Positions 1 through 10,954 of a DNA stretch of 64,000 bases are shown in pieces (position 1 is the stretch's first letter; every line of letters begins with the position of its first letter). The position numbers and the translations under genes were made by a program. Source of the stretch: Diplonema japonicum (taxonomy: Eukaryota; Protista; Euglenozoa: Diplonemea); assembly GCA_964019335.1 (NCBI GenBank), contig OZ025649.1:434001-498000 (forward strand), written 5' to 3'. Below the pieces are notes generated by a model. That model was not told where the DNA came from and made no database searches. It worked only from the letters and a program-made list of their open reading frames with translations.

Positions 1-2787
1 TGGAAAAAAAAAATTAAAATGAAATAAAATAAAAACAGACGCATCTGTTCACCCCGCGCAGCACGTACCCCCCTGCTGATGATGCGTCTAGCCCACCGTA
101 AAAAGAGGAAAAAAAATGAATTTTTTGATTTACAATGATGATAACAATAAAGGAATTGAAAAAAAAAAAAAAGAAAAAATGAAGAAAAAAAAAAAGAAAA
201 TGAAAAAAAAAGAAGAATTGAGAATTAAGAAATATATTATAACAGCACTGGGGGGGGGTTTTTTTTTGGTCGATTTTTATAACATTCATTTTTTTTGGGG
301 GGAGGAGGAAAGGAAGCAGTTTTTTTTCTTCTTCTTTTTAGTTCCCCCTCCGCCTCCCCCCCCAAAAAAAAAGAATAACAAAAGGAAAAAAAAGAAAATC
401 CCAAAGGAGGAAAAAAAAAAAAAAAAAAAAAAAAGCCCCGTGGAAAATAGTGGAGGTGGGGAGAGGACACAAGTGATCCTTGCCCCCCCCCCCCTCCTCC
501 TCCCCCTTCTCTTCTTCTTTTATCCTTTTGTCCCCGTCCTTCCTTCTTTTTTGCAGGCGTCCTGCCACATACCGCAGGTACCCTTAAATGTCTCTTTTTT
601 TTTTTAGTACTAGTATTGTATTGCAAACTAATAAGGTCATCAACTCTTCAAATCTCCTTCAAGCCGGAAGAGTAGTTTGTTGTTTCCCCCCCCCCCCCCC
701 TTTTTATGTAGGGCAGCATGTCTGCAACAGAGGTTTTTTTTTTCATTTACATTATGATGAGGGTTACCTATGGTGAATAAGCAATGGAGCACTCCTCGTT
801 GTTGTTTTTTTTTTTCTTTTTTTTTCTTTTTTTTTTTTATTCCCCCCCTCATCATATTTGGTGCGCCATGGAAATGCTTGGAAATCGCAGTAGTATTGAA
901 GATCCTGTTCTTCTTTTCCCCCCTCCTATTCTGTTGCTTACTACTATACCCTGCTAGTTGTAGTAAACTATATAAAAAAGGATACAAAAAGAAAAGAATA
1001 AAAGAAAACCGAGTGGGCTGATGACCCCCCCAAAAAAAAGAGAGAAAGGGAGGAAGAAAAAAAATGAAAGAAGAAAAAAAAAAAAAAAACTGAGCAGGGA
1101 TTCAATGAGTCACACCTTTTTTTTTTTGTTTTCTTCTTCTTCTTATTTTCTTATTTTCTTCTTTTTTTTCTGCTTCCATAATATTATATTATTTTTTTTG
1201 TTCTCATTCCCTTATTTTCTTTTATATAAAGGTTCCCTTTCCTTTTATTTTTTATTTTATTCAGCAGTTCCTCCCCCCCCCCCCCCCCCCCCCTCTCCCC
1301 CGATCTTGAACACTCCCCTCTCTCCGCCTCCCCCCTTTTTTTTTCATTTTGTAATTTGCGATAACCGCCAGGGAGGGAGGTTCTGATTAATGTCCCCCCC
1401 CCCCCCCCCCCCGCGCCTTTTATTTGTTAGCATGTTTCCTCTCTTCTTTTGATATGGATCCTCCTTCCCCCCTGTTCCCGTTCTCGTCGTCCCCCCCCTG
1501 CCACCTTTCGCACATGCCCGAAGTATCTGATTTTTTTTTCTCTTCATTCTTTATTTCTTCCCCGCACTTTCTTTTTCCTAAGAGAGTGCACTGCGTGATT
1601 ACAAATTTTTTTTGTTCTGGGTGCTTTGTTGAAATTTTCCCATTCTTCCCCCCCCCCCCCCCCCCTCCACTGGCTGTGTGTGACCCATTTACCCCCTTCC
1701 TTCAACCATACTCCTTCTGAGGAAAAGAAAAGTGTAAAACCCTCGTCCTCTTAGTCATATGCAGAAGCTCCTCCCTCCCTCCCCCCTCCTATGCTAATAT
1801 CAATATAGGTTGCCTGAACACAAGTACTTAACGGTGAGTTAGTGCTTGTGAGTCTGCTGCCTTTGGGTTCGCAAAATAAAAAAGTAGGGAAAAAAAAAAG
1901 GGGAGAAAAAAGAAACTCGAGAGAGTATAAGGAACCAAATAAAAAAAAAAAAAAAAAGAAAACCAAATCCTTCTTTTAAAGATCCCCCGTAGTAAGCTCA
2001 AGTCATAGGCGGACACCCCCTTATTCATATTGCTGGTAAGGGAACTGTCCCCCCTAGCTTTTTGTGACTGTTTGGCAAAAGGTTTGGGTCTGAAAAAAAA
2101 AAAGAAATAAAAAAAAAAAAAGAAATCTTGTATTTACCTTCCTTCTTTAATTCCCCCCACTCCGTCTTCTTGTTCTCTGAGGGAAAAAAAAAAAAAAAAA
2201 AAAAAAAAAGAAAACGGAATAATTTTTTTTTTTGAAAGAATAAGAAAAGTAATAGAAACACTTTTTCCTGATTCCCTTTTTGAAGAAAAAAAAAAATCAG
2301 AAAGACCAAAAAGAGAGAAAAAGAAAATCTTTTTGGCAGTTTGAGGCTTAATGGCGCGAGACGTGTACCTTTTATTGTAATAGAAAAGCTGCTATATCAA
2401 CTCTGATCGAGGGGAGTCCTCGAAAAAGAGGAAAAGAGGAGCAAGGGCAACAAAGGGGACGCACAGTCACGTCTTTATTTTCCTTCACCCCCCCTCCTCA
2501 TCAGTACTCTCGCTCTAGTGGCCAGAAAAAGGGGAAAGGATAAGAGAAAGAAAAGAGAAAAAAAGAATATTTTCCCCTACTGCTTTCTTCTCCCCTCCCA
2601 CCGCTGATTTACTTTTCTCTCCCCCTCCCTCCCTGAACCCAAGTCACCTTTTTGATTTTCATGTTTTTTTTTTTTTTTTTTTTTTTAAATAAAAACTGTG
2701 TCAACAACAAAAAAAAAAAAAAAAAGGTGAGTGAGACGGGGAAAGGGAAAAAAAAAAAAAAAAAAAAAGAAGGGAAAAAAAAAAAGC

Positions 2788-4073
2788 ATGATGTCCTTAA
2801 AGGTGAAGAAGCAAGGCCAAGGGCCTGCAAAACCACCAACGGTTTTCCAAAGTAAAGGCGGCGGGAGACGTTCGGTGGGGAATGGCGTCGCAAAGTCGGG
2901 GTCCTTGAGCCCACGAAGTGCAGTCTTCAGTGCGGGGATGGCACCACCAGGACACCCTGACAAAAAGCTTATGGACGAACTCAACAAAGTGAGGGAAGAA
3001 AAGGACAGGCTGCACAGGTCCGTAGCCGCACTGAAGGTTCAGCTGAGCGAAAAAGAAACAGAAATTAAAAACATGTCACTAACTATAGAGCAGTTATATG
3101 TCTCAGATATCCCTGACGAAGGACGGCAATGCGAGGCCTTCATGGATCATGTACAATACCTTCAAGGGATTCCGGCCAAAGCTGCTGCTGCAACTTCCTT
3201 CGACATGCTTACCTTTCTCCAGGAATGGAACAAAGAGCTCCTACACAAAATCAGCTGCCAGGCACTTGAAATAGCCGACGTTGTGACTGGTAGCAAGCAG
3301 GGCAAGGACAATCTCATTGAGTCCCTCTCGCACCAGGTCAGGAATCTCACTTCAAAGCTACTCGTCCTCTCCGATGCAAAGCCCAAGGCGGCTGTCAAGT
3401 GCATTGTGTCACCCTCCTCCTCCCCCCCTGCCTCACCGGCGCATGTGAGTAAACGAAGTGCAGTGACATCTTATCAAAACTCTCCTGCAAATGTTGTGCC
3501 CGCGGAGTTGAAGAGGCTGCTTGCGGCCGTTCCGCCGCCTGAAAGTCCGCATGATGCGTACACTCCGTATCTTGCCTGCTTGAGGGATGCTGCTGCTCGT
3601 CTTCACCTGTCTCCTGAAGTGGGGCCGTCAGCCGAGAATAAGGAACACCCGAAACCTGTCAATCCAAAGGCCGTAAGCACTGCCCCCCCAAGGCGGTCGG
3701 CATCTGCTGGTATACAGAAAACGAAAGAATTTTTCATTTAATCCCCCAACAGAACGGCTGAACCCCCGTCGCGGAGATGGATTCCAACGAACACGGAGTC
3801 TCGGGGCAAAAACTGCGGGTATGGTCGACGCAAAAAAAAAAAAAAAATAATAATAAATAAAAATTTATAAAAATAGAAAAAGAGCTTGCAACATACCCTC
3901 CTGCACCTGTCGGGGTTGGTTCTACCAACGGGCAGACTGCCAGCAGCCCGTTGAGCAGAGGGGCACGTCTGTCGAAAGCTACCACAGCCAGCTCTCTACT
4001 GAAACAGAAGCACCGAAACAGTATATCTGCAGAGGACAAAGCCGCTCTCTTGAAAGGCCAGGGCACCTCGTGA
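2788..4073 (+). CDS. Hypothetical coiled-coil / Ser-Pro-rich protein (3 exons)
   Basis: ATG at 2788 after a poly-A tract. Removing GT-AG introns 3710-3752 and 3819-3876 gives a continuous frame ending ...LLKGQGTS* (TGA 4071-4073). N-terminal heptad region (LMDELNKVREEKDRLHRSVAALKVQL). Confidence 0.7.
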
Positions 4074-4961
4074 AGAGGGGAAGAAGGGGAACATTTGTAC
4101 CTATACATCTCGATGAACTTGTCAGGTTGATGGGGGGGGGGGGGGGGGATTAGAAAATGAGAGGGGGGAAAAAAAAAGAGAAGAAAAGGTCGGGGATCCT
4201 TCTTTCATTTTATTTTTTTATATATATTATTATGAGCAATGAACAACACGGGAGGCGAGAACGCAAGGGGCCACAGATAGCCGCTTTTTTTTCCCCTTTT
4301 TTTTTTATTTGCTGCCCTTTTTTTTGTAGGATATTGTTTCTCAAAGGTAGGAGGGGGGGGAAAAAAGAAAAAAAGAAAAGGGGAGGGAGGGAGGGGGAAG
4401 GAAAAAAAAAGGGGGAAACACAAATATTACTATTGCGCACAAACACCAGAATAGTTCCCCCCCCCCCCCCCCCCCCTCTATTTCCACTTCTTCTTTTTCT
4501 TGTTCTTTGGCTCCGTGCCCCCCTCTGAAGTGCTTCAAAGTGCCCTCCTCTGTCGTTCCACTACCTTGCTCCCCCACTTTTTTTTTCCGAGCTTTCCTAC
4601 CAGAGGCCCTTATCTGAGACCAGGGGAAAATGCATGTATCGTGGGGGGGGGGGGGGGGGGGGGGAGGATAAATAACGTAAGTCCCCAGGATTGCAAGGGA
4701 CATGGTTTAGAATACTCTTTTCTCTTCCTTCTTTTCTTTTTTTTTTCTGTTCACCTTTCATCCTTATAGTTTTTTGTTTTTTTTTTTTTTTTTTTTCCAT
4801 CCTGTTTCTTTTTTTTTTATATTCTTCTTTGTCTTTCTTTTCTTTTTTTTTTCTTCCTTTTTTTCTTCGTGAGACAAAAAAAAATTGTGCCCTTCCCCCC
4901 CCCCCCCCCCCCCCCCCGTTCTTCCCAAAAAAAAAAAAAAAAGGTAAAAAAAAAAAAAAAA

Positions 4962-5971
4962 ATGGTGAAATTTGAAACCTCGGAAATATTCAGTAAAAAT
5001 CAGAAGGATTTTGTACACCAGATACTAGAAGAAAACACCCGTGTGGACGGGAGGACTTTTACACAGTATAGAAGACTAACCATCGGGTTCGGGAGGGTGT
5101 CGGGACAGAGCGACGTCAGCTTAGGAAAGACAAGGGTGTTAGGAAGCGTGAAGTGCAGGGCCGTGGAACCAAGCTCCTTCCGACCAAAGGAGGGGTTTTT
5201 AGATTTCTCAGTAACCGTTTCGCCATCTTGCGACCCGCTGGTTGCGGACAAGCGGCGTGGGACAGAACTCGACGAGGCAAGACGACTGCTAGACAGAGTC
5301 TTTAAAACAAGCAAAGCAGTTGACGTAGAATCCCTTTGCCTGATACCCGGGAAGAAGGTGTGGTCCATAAAAGTCGACCTCAACTTCATTGACTTTGATG
5401 GTAATCTTGCAGACGCAGCTGCTATTACCTCGTTAACCTCGTTGTTGCATTTCCGCCGTCCGGATGTGACGATTAAGGGTGATCAGGTTGTAATCCACTC
5501 CGCTGACGAGAGGGAACCCGTCCCCCTTAACATCCAGCACGTTCCCATCGTTGTCACCTTTGCCATCATGCCAAACGGTACACTTCTCGCCGACCCCACT
5601 CTTCTCGAATCCGCTGTGTCAACTGGCGACCTCTCCGTAGCCATCAACACCCTCAACCAGGTCTGTGTTGTCAATAAGATTGCTGGCCGTGCTATCCCAT
5701 CTGGTAAGATTCTCGATTGTCTTAAAATTGCGAATTTCAAGGTTGATTACATCGTGACAAGAATCACCGAAGCCGTGGCTGCCGACGCCATTAAACGAAA
5801 GAAAGAAGGCCTTGCTGAATTCTCATGGGCGAAGGACAGACAGTCCGTGGGCGAAATGGAAGCCATCGCCAAGGGCGTGAAGAAGGCCATGGACCGTGCG
5901 GAGCAAACAAATGACGATGAACAGGACAACAAAGGCAAACAAAGCAAGCGAAAACGGGGGAAAAGCTTGAG

Positions 5972-6037
<66 letters not shown>

Positions 6038-6261
6038 TTTACAGCCCTGACGACCCTGATGTACAGGTCCCCCTTGAAGCCCTTCCCTCGAAAAAAACCC
6101 GCCCTGAGGTTACCCTGCAAGCCGAAGCGAAATTAACTTTATTAGTTCCCGACCAACAGCCAGGCAAGAAGGGAGACACCAAGCAAGCAGCCAGTGGTGA
6201 AACAGAGGAAGTGGAAGAGGTAGAGGAAGTGGAAGAGGTGGAGGAAATTGAAGAAGTATAG
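4962..6261 (+). CDS. RRP45: Exosome complex RNase PH-like subunit RRP45/EXOSC9 (2 exons)
   Basis: RVDGRTFTQYR, VSLGKTRV, AVDVESLCLIPGKKVWSIKVD, DGNLADAA, LLHFRRPDV and EREPVPLNIQHVP are Rrp45 signatures. Poly-T intron 5972-6044 leads to an acidic tail ending at TAG 6259-6261. Confidence 0.92.
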
Positions 6262-6468
6262 TTGTTTTTTCCCCCCCCTCTTTTTTCATTTCACACCCCC
6301 CCCCCCCGTCTAGTGTTTTTCTTAAATAAATATTTCATCAAAGAAGAAAAAAAAAATCAAAAGAAAAAAAAATACCTATCTTGCGTTTCTTTTTTTTTTT
6401 TCTTCTCCCACTTCTTCGCAACACAAGTAAAATTCCCAGGAGGGGGAATTTTTTTTTTAAAAAAGAAA

Positions 6469-7392
6469 ATGACAGACAGCTTCATCCCCCCAGCATTACA
6501 CTATGATGATGACGGTTTTATAAAAAGTTTTTCACTAGATGAACCTGCCTCCATTCTGGACCACATGGATAAGTATGGGTTTGTCGTGGTACGTGACGTT
6601 TTGACAAGCGAACAATGCGAAGCGACAATGGATGAATTCTGGGCAACGGGTGCAAAGCAAGGCCTTGACAAACACGACAGGGCAACGTGGGACACATACT
6701 GGAAAACACAGAGATTCGGCAAAATGGGCATTATCGGCTCCTGGGGGGACGTTCGCTCTTTAACACAACTCAACAACAGGCAGAACCCCAACGTGTACAA
6801 AGCATTCTCCTGCGTCAATAAAACAGAAAAACTCTGGGTAGACCACGATAGACTGGGCATCATGCGTCCTGCAATCGACGCCCCTGAATGGCGGACTTTA
6901 GACAACTGGCTTCACTTAGATTGCAACCCAACACAAGGGTATGCGTCAATTGGTTCATTTGAGGACTCAAAAAACTCCATTGATTTCAACACCACCCTTA
7001 TCGTCCAAGGCCTCCTTGCCATCACATCTGCCAGAGTTGAAGATGGGGGATTCCACTGTGTCCCAGGGAGCCACAAAATTTCACAATCGTGGAGCGTGTC
7101 TCACCAGAACTGTGGGTCTATGGCCAACATGCAGGTTCCCCCCACTGACCCCCTTCACAGCTATATTCAACAGATTCCCCTCCGTGCTGGGTCGGCTCTG
7201 ATATGGTCGTCTTTGTTGTTTCACGGGAACCATCCGAATAATTCAGACAATTTTCGTGCTGTGCAGTACATGAGAATGGTCCCCACGACGGGCACCCCCT
7301 ACGGCCCTGCTTTCAGGAACAGAGAATACCTGAACGAAGATTTCAAACCCACGGAACTAGGGGAAAAGCTCTTCGGGTTCAAAGAATGGTGA
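6469..7392 (+). CDS. PhyH-like Fe(II)/2-oxoglutarate dioxygenase
   Basis: YGFVVVRDVL, HxD (WLHLD), DGGFHCVPGSH, AGSALIWSSLLFHGNHPN...R form the PhyH facial-triad pattern. ATG at 6469. Confidence 0.85.
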   Translation: MTDSFIPPALHYDDDGFIKSFSLDEPASILDHMDKYGFVVVRDVLTSEQCEATMDEFWATGAKQGLDKHDRATWDTYWKTQRFGKMGIIGSWGDVRSLTQLNNRQNPNVYKAFSCVNKTEKLWVDHDRLGIMRPAIDAPEWRTLDNWLHLDCNPTQGYASIGSFEDSKNSIDFNTTLIVQGLLAITSARVEDGGFHCVPGSHKISQSWSVSHQNCGSMANMQVPPTDPLHSYIQQIPLRAGSALIWSSLLFHGNHPNNSDNFRAVQYMRMVPTTGTPYGPAFRNREYLNEDFKPTELGEKLFGFKEW

Positions 7393-7442
7393 CGGATGGA
7401 TGGAGTTTGATGAAAACCTTCCCCCTAGCATCTTACCTTTTA

Positions 7443-7473
<31 letters not shown>

Positions 7474-7612
7474 TTTTTTTTGCTGTCCCCTCTCTTCTTT
7501 CGAAGTGTTCTATTGAGGTATCTATACCCATCCTTTTTATGTAAAACAAAAGAAAAAAAAAAAAAAAAAAAAAAAGAAAAGAAAAAAAAGGGACACAAAA
7601 CAAAAAACAAAA

Positions 7613-8017
7613 ATGGGTATCGAGATGGAGGTATCGCAGAAGGGGGTTGAGTTCGACAACGTCTCGTTGGGGACTCTTTGCAGGGTCATGCTTAGCTGCA
7701 GCATTATCGGTTCTGCTGCTGGGATGTACGGGGGGCTCCAGTTGGGGGCTTCGCTCTTCACAAAGACGGATGAGGACAAGGTAGTTAAGAATGAAAAACA
7801 AGAAGCCACCCTTACAGAAAAAAGCCAAACAAGTCTCGAAGTTCGCCAGTTACGCCGTTGCAGGCCTGTCGACTATGACCATTCTTTACTTGTTCCACAC
7901 CCACAGCAACCACCACAGGAGGCACCACCACCACCGTCGCTGAACAGACTACATTCTTTTCCCATAAAAAGAAACCCCCCCCCCCAACAAAATCATCAGG
8001 ATGCAGCTGAAAGATAA
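7613..8017 (+). CDS. Small hypothetical membrane protein (3' end uncertain; possible homopolymer frameshift near 7975)
   Basis: Coding-like composition with one hydrophobic segment (LCRVMLSCSIIGSAAGMYGGLQLG). Another frame continues ...RMQLKDKNNIVQISLG... after the C run. Confidence 0.5.
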   Translation: MGIEMEVSQKGVEFDNVSLGTLCRVMLSCSIIGSAAGMYGGLQLGASLFTKTDEDKVVKNEKQEATLTEKSQTSLEVRQLRRCRPVDYDHSLLVPHPQQPPQEAPPPPSLNRLHSFPIKRNPPPQQNHQDAAER

Positions 8018-8394
8018 GAATAATATCGTACAAATCTCACTGGGAGAACACAGCTTTGGAGGGGAGGGCGTTCAAACAAGTTCTGTAAAGTAACTTCCTC
8101 CTCCTCCTACCCTCCTTTTTTTTTTCTCTCTTCTCCTTTTGGAGGGGAGGGGGGAGGGGGGGGGTCGTTGTATATCGTATGATTTAAATAAAAAAAAAGA
8201 AACTCCTGGTGCTCGCCTGGTATTGTGTTTTTTTTTTTCTTCTTTTTTTGTATTTCAAAAAAAGGGGTGATGGTTCCTTAAGTGGGGGCTTGCTCTTAAA
8301 CATTCGCCTCTCTTTTTCTTATTCCCCTCTCCCCCATCCCCTCCATGATATTGATAACCAACACATTTAAAAAGGGGAAAAAAAAAAAAAAAAA

Positions 8395-9393
8395 ATGTTG
8401 CGCAAACCCGATCCAGCAGTCGCTGCAGCCCAGACCGTCTCCGGTCTTTGGGACAAGATCAAAAAGGTAAGAGCGGAGGCTGGAGGGAAGTTATTTGAGC
8501 GGAGCTGGGTGAATGCAGAGAACATAGACGAAGGTGACATCAGAGTAATGCAGTTCAACATGTTGGCCGAAGGGTTGTCGAGCCCCGCACGCAAGACACC
8601 TCCTTTCAAGTCTGAAAAGATCTCGGACGGGGGTGGCTTCACCGAAGTCCCGGTAGATGTGCTTAATTTCGATCAACGGAAATGGCTTCTTCTTGAAGAA
8701 ATCCTCACTGTCAACCCGGACATCTTAGGTGTGGAAGAGGTCGATGCATATCCTGAGTTTTTCGAGCCAGCACTGAGCATAGCAGGGTACCAAAGCGGGT
8801 TTAACGCAAAGTCCCCATCGCCGTGTGAGGCCTTTGGGTACTATCCGGACGGCGTTGCACTTTTTTGGAAATCTGATAAATTTGAACTTCTCAGCGGTGG
8901 GGTAACGAGTTCACCTGTTATGATACACCGCCGGTTGAAACAGCTTTCGACCGGCCGTGCTCTGACCGTCATCTGCACCCATTTAAAAGCAAAACTGTCT
9001 GTCGAAAATGAGCGGATTCGATACAAGCAGATTGCCGAGGTACTAAGCAACGAGAACATCTCCTTCGCATCGTGCGTGCTCCTCGCAGATTGCAACGCTG
9101 CTCCAGTTGTAGAGTGCGGTGTGGAACCACTTGTCGTTCCTGCTGTGTGTTCAAAGGGTTTCCTTCCTGCGTACGATCTGGAGGACGCCTCTGCGTACAC
9201 CACCGCTAAGATACGTGGTTCTACAAGGACCTCGCACACCATCGACTACATCTTTTACACACCCAACATGGTTGTCACATCGACCTTTGCAGTGCCACCC
9301 TTCACTGCCCTCGACCCCGCAGTGCTCCTTCCCTGTCTGAACTACCCTTCGGACCACTTTAGTATCGCTGCTACGTTGCGTTTCACCCAATAA
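8395..9393 (+). CDS. Nocturnin-like EEP-family phosphatase/deadenylase
   Basis: IRVMQFNMLAEGL, PDILGVEEVD, PDGVALFW, THLKAK, ADCNA, TIDYIFY and YPSDH motifs of the CCR4/nocturnin EEP family. Confidence 0.85.
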   Translation: MLRKPDPAVAAAQTVSGLWDKIKKVRAEAGGKLFERSWVNAENIDEGDIRVMQFNMLAEGLSSPARKTPPFKSEKISDGGGFTEVPVDVLNFDQRKWLLLEEILTVNPDILGVEEVDAYPEFFEPALSIAGYQSGFNAKSPSPCEAFGYYPDGVALFWKSDKFELLSGGVTSSPVMIHRRLKQLSTGRALTVICTHLKAKLSVENERIRYKQIAEVLSNENISFASCVLLADCNAAPVVECGVEPLVVPAVCSKGFLPAYDLEDASAYTTAKIRGSTRTSHTIDYIFYTPNMVVTSTFAVPPFTALDPAVLLPCLNYPSDHFSIAATLRFTQ

Positions 9394-9500
9394 CCCCCGC
9401 AGTAAAGTTCCCCAGCCCCTCCCTCCACGGGGTCCTGCCTCTAGCAACCCTTCCTACGGAAGCGGCACAGGCGACGTGGAGTTTCCTTTTTTATGTATCC

Positions 9501-9534
<34 letters not shown>

Positions 9535-9648
9535 CCAGAGGGGTCTCACAAAGACTTCCTTTAACTCATTTTTTTTTCTTCGCCACTATTTTATTGTTTC
9601 TACAAATTCTAGTTTGTGATTCAAGCTTTCACTGCACAGGTGCCGGGC

Positions 9649-10805
9649 ATGTATGACGAAATATCGAGTCCTGACTGCTACAGCCCGGATGGGGCAAGGC
9701 AGCCGCCCTTCACGCAGCCCAAGAGGCGGCAGACGTTGGAGCAAGCTCGAATGAACAGGTTCCGGCCGTCGCATCACAGTGACGTGAATGACACAATCGG
9801 ACGACAGATGAGAGACCTGGAGGACGTGAAGCGGCAGGCGGGGATAAGCGGTGGCTCCAGAAGTGTCAGCAGCAGCGGGCTGGGCTCCGACTGGGAGGGT
9901 GATGCTTCCGAGCGTGTTAGTGATTTGAAGGTTCAGATCGACGCTGCGAAGAGGCAGCTCAGTGTGAAGGAAGAGAAGCTGAAGTCGCTGCAAGCACAAC
10001 TGCGCAAAATGGATGACAGGACGCAGGAATTGGCAGGGCTGAGACGACAGAAGGAAGATGAGTTGAGCAGGCTGACGCGGAAGCAAGGCCAGCCCCCGTC
10101 AGCCTATAAGGTCAACCCTGTACCGCAGCCGGAGAACGCTGATCTGAACGTGATCCTGCAGTCCGAGATGAAAATACGACGAGAGGCAGAGACACGTTTA
10201 GTGGAAGAACAAGCTGCACTGAGAGCGTTGAAAACGAACCAAGAAGCAGACCTGTTCAGGCTACGCGAAGAGCTGCAGAACACAGAAGCAATAGCACAGT
10301 CTACAACAGAGCAATACACAGGGAAGTTCGAGGCAGTCCGGTTGCAGATGCAGGCTAAACTGGCCAAGGTGCGGGAGGAAATGCGGGAGCAATTCAATGA
10401 GGAGAGGCAAAAGCTCGAAAGCCGTGTAGAGTACCTGACTAGAATGGTAAGGCGTAAAATAAAATCAAACACAAACCACAGAACGACCGCAAGGATCAAG
10501 AGCTTGATAACCTGCAGCAAAAGAAGGTGAAGCTGAACGCCATCCTCGAGCAGATAAAAACCTCGCACAAGCAAACCATCCAGGGCTTCCAGGGAAGGTT
10601 CGAACACGAGAACAAGCAGACAATACAACACGAGTCCAACGCTGCGAAACACGAGCGAGAGCACCGCATGATCCAAGCTGAGATGGTCAAGCTCAACGAC
10701 CGACTCAGAAAAGCTGGCGGCTCCATTCCCCCAACACCCCGTACCAAGAGCCCCACTGCCACCAGACGAGGTACCCCCTCAGCAACACCCAGGTACACCA
10801 AGTGA
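9649..10805 (+). CDS. Hypothetical coiled-coil protein (2 exons)
   Basis: Intron 10447-10481 (GTAAG..CAG, 35 nt) joins track ORFs 9616..10530 and 10527..10805 in frame. Confidence 0.75.
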
Positions 10806-10954
10806 CATAGACACCTTAGTAGATTTGCATATCCCCCCCCCCTGCTATTTTCTTTTCTCTGTACAGTTAGTACTAAGTTCATCCCCACTTAATATTCTTG
10901 TGTACGTTTTCCTCTCAAATATAATTAGTACTGGATAGGGTGCCAGCAGTGAAG

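Noticed and set aside
14-2760. Many short ORFs rich in poly-F, poly-K, poly-P and poly-G, here and in all spacers
   Set aside because: They are translations of homopolymer runs with no coding signal. Run lengths may also be sequencing artefacts.
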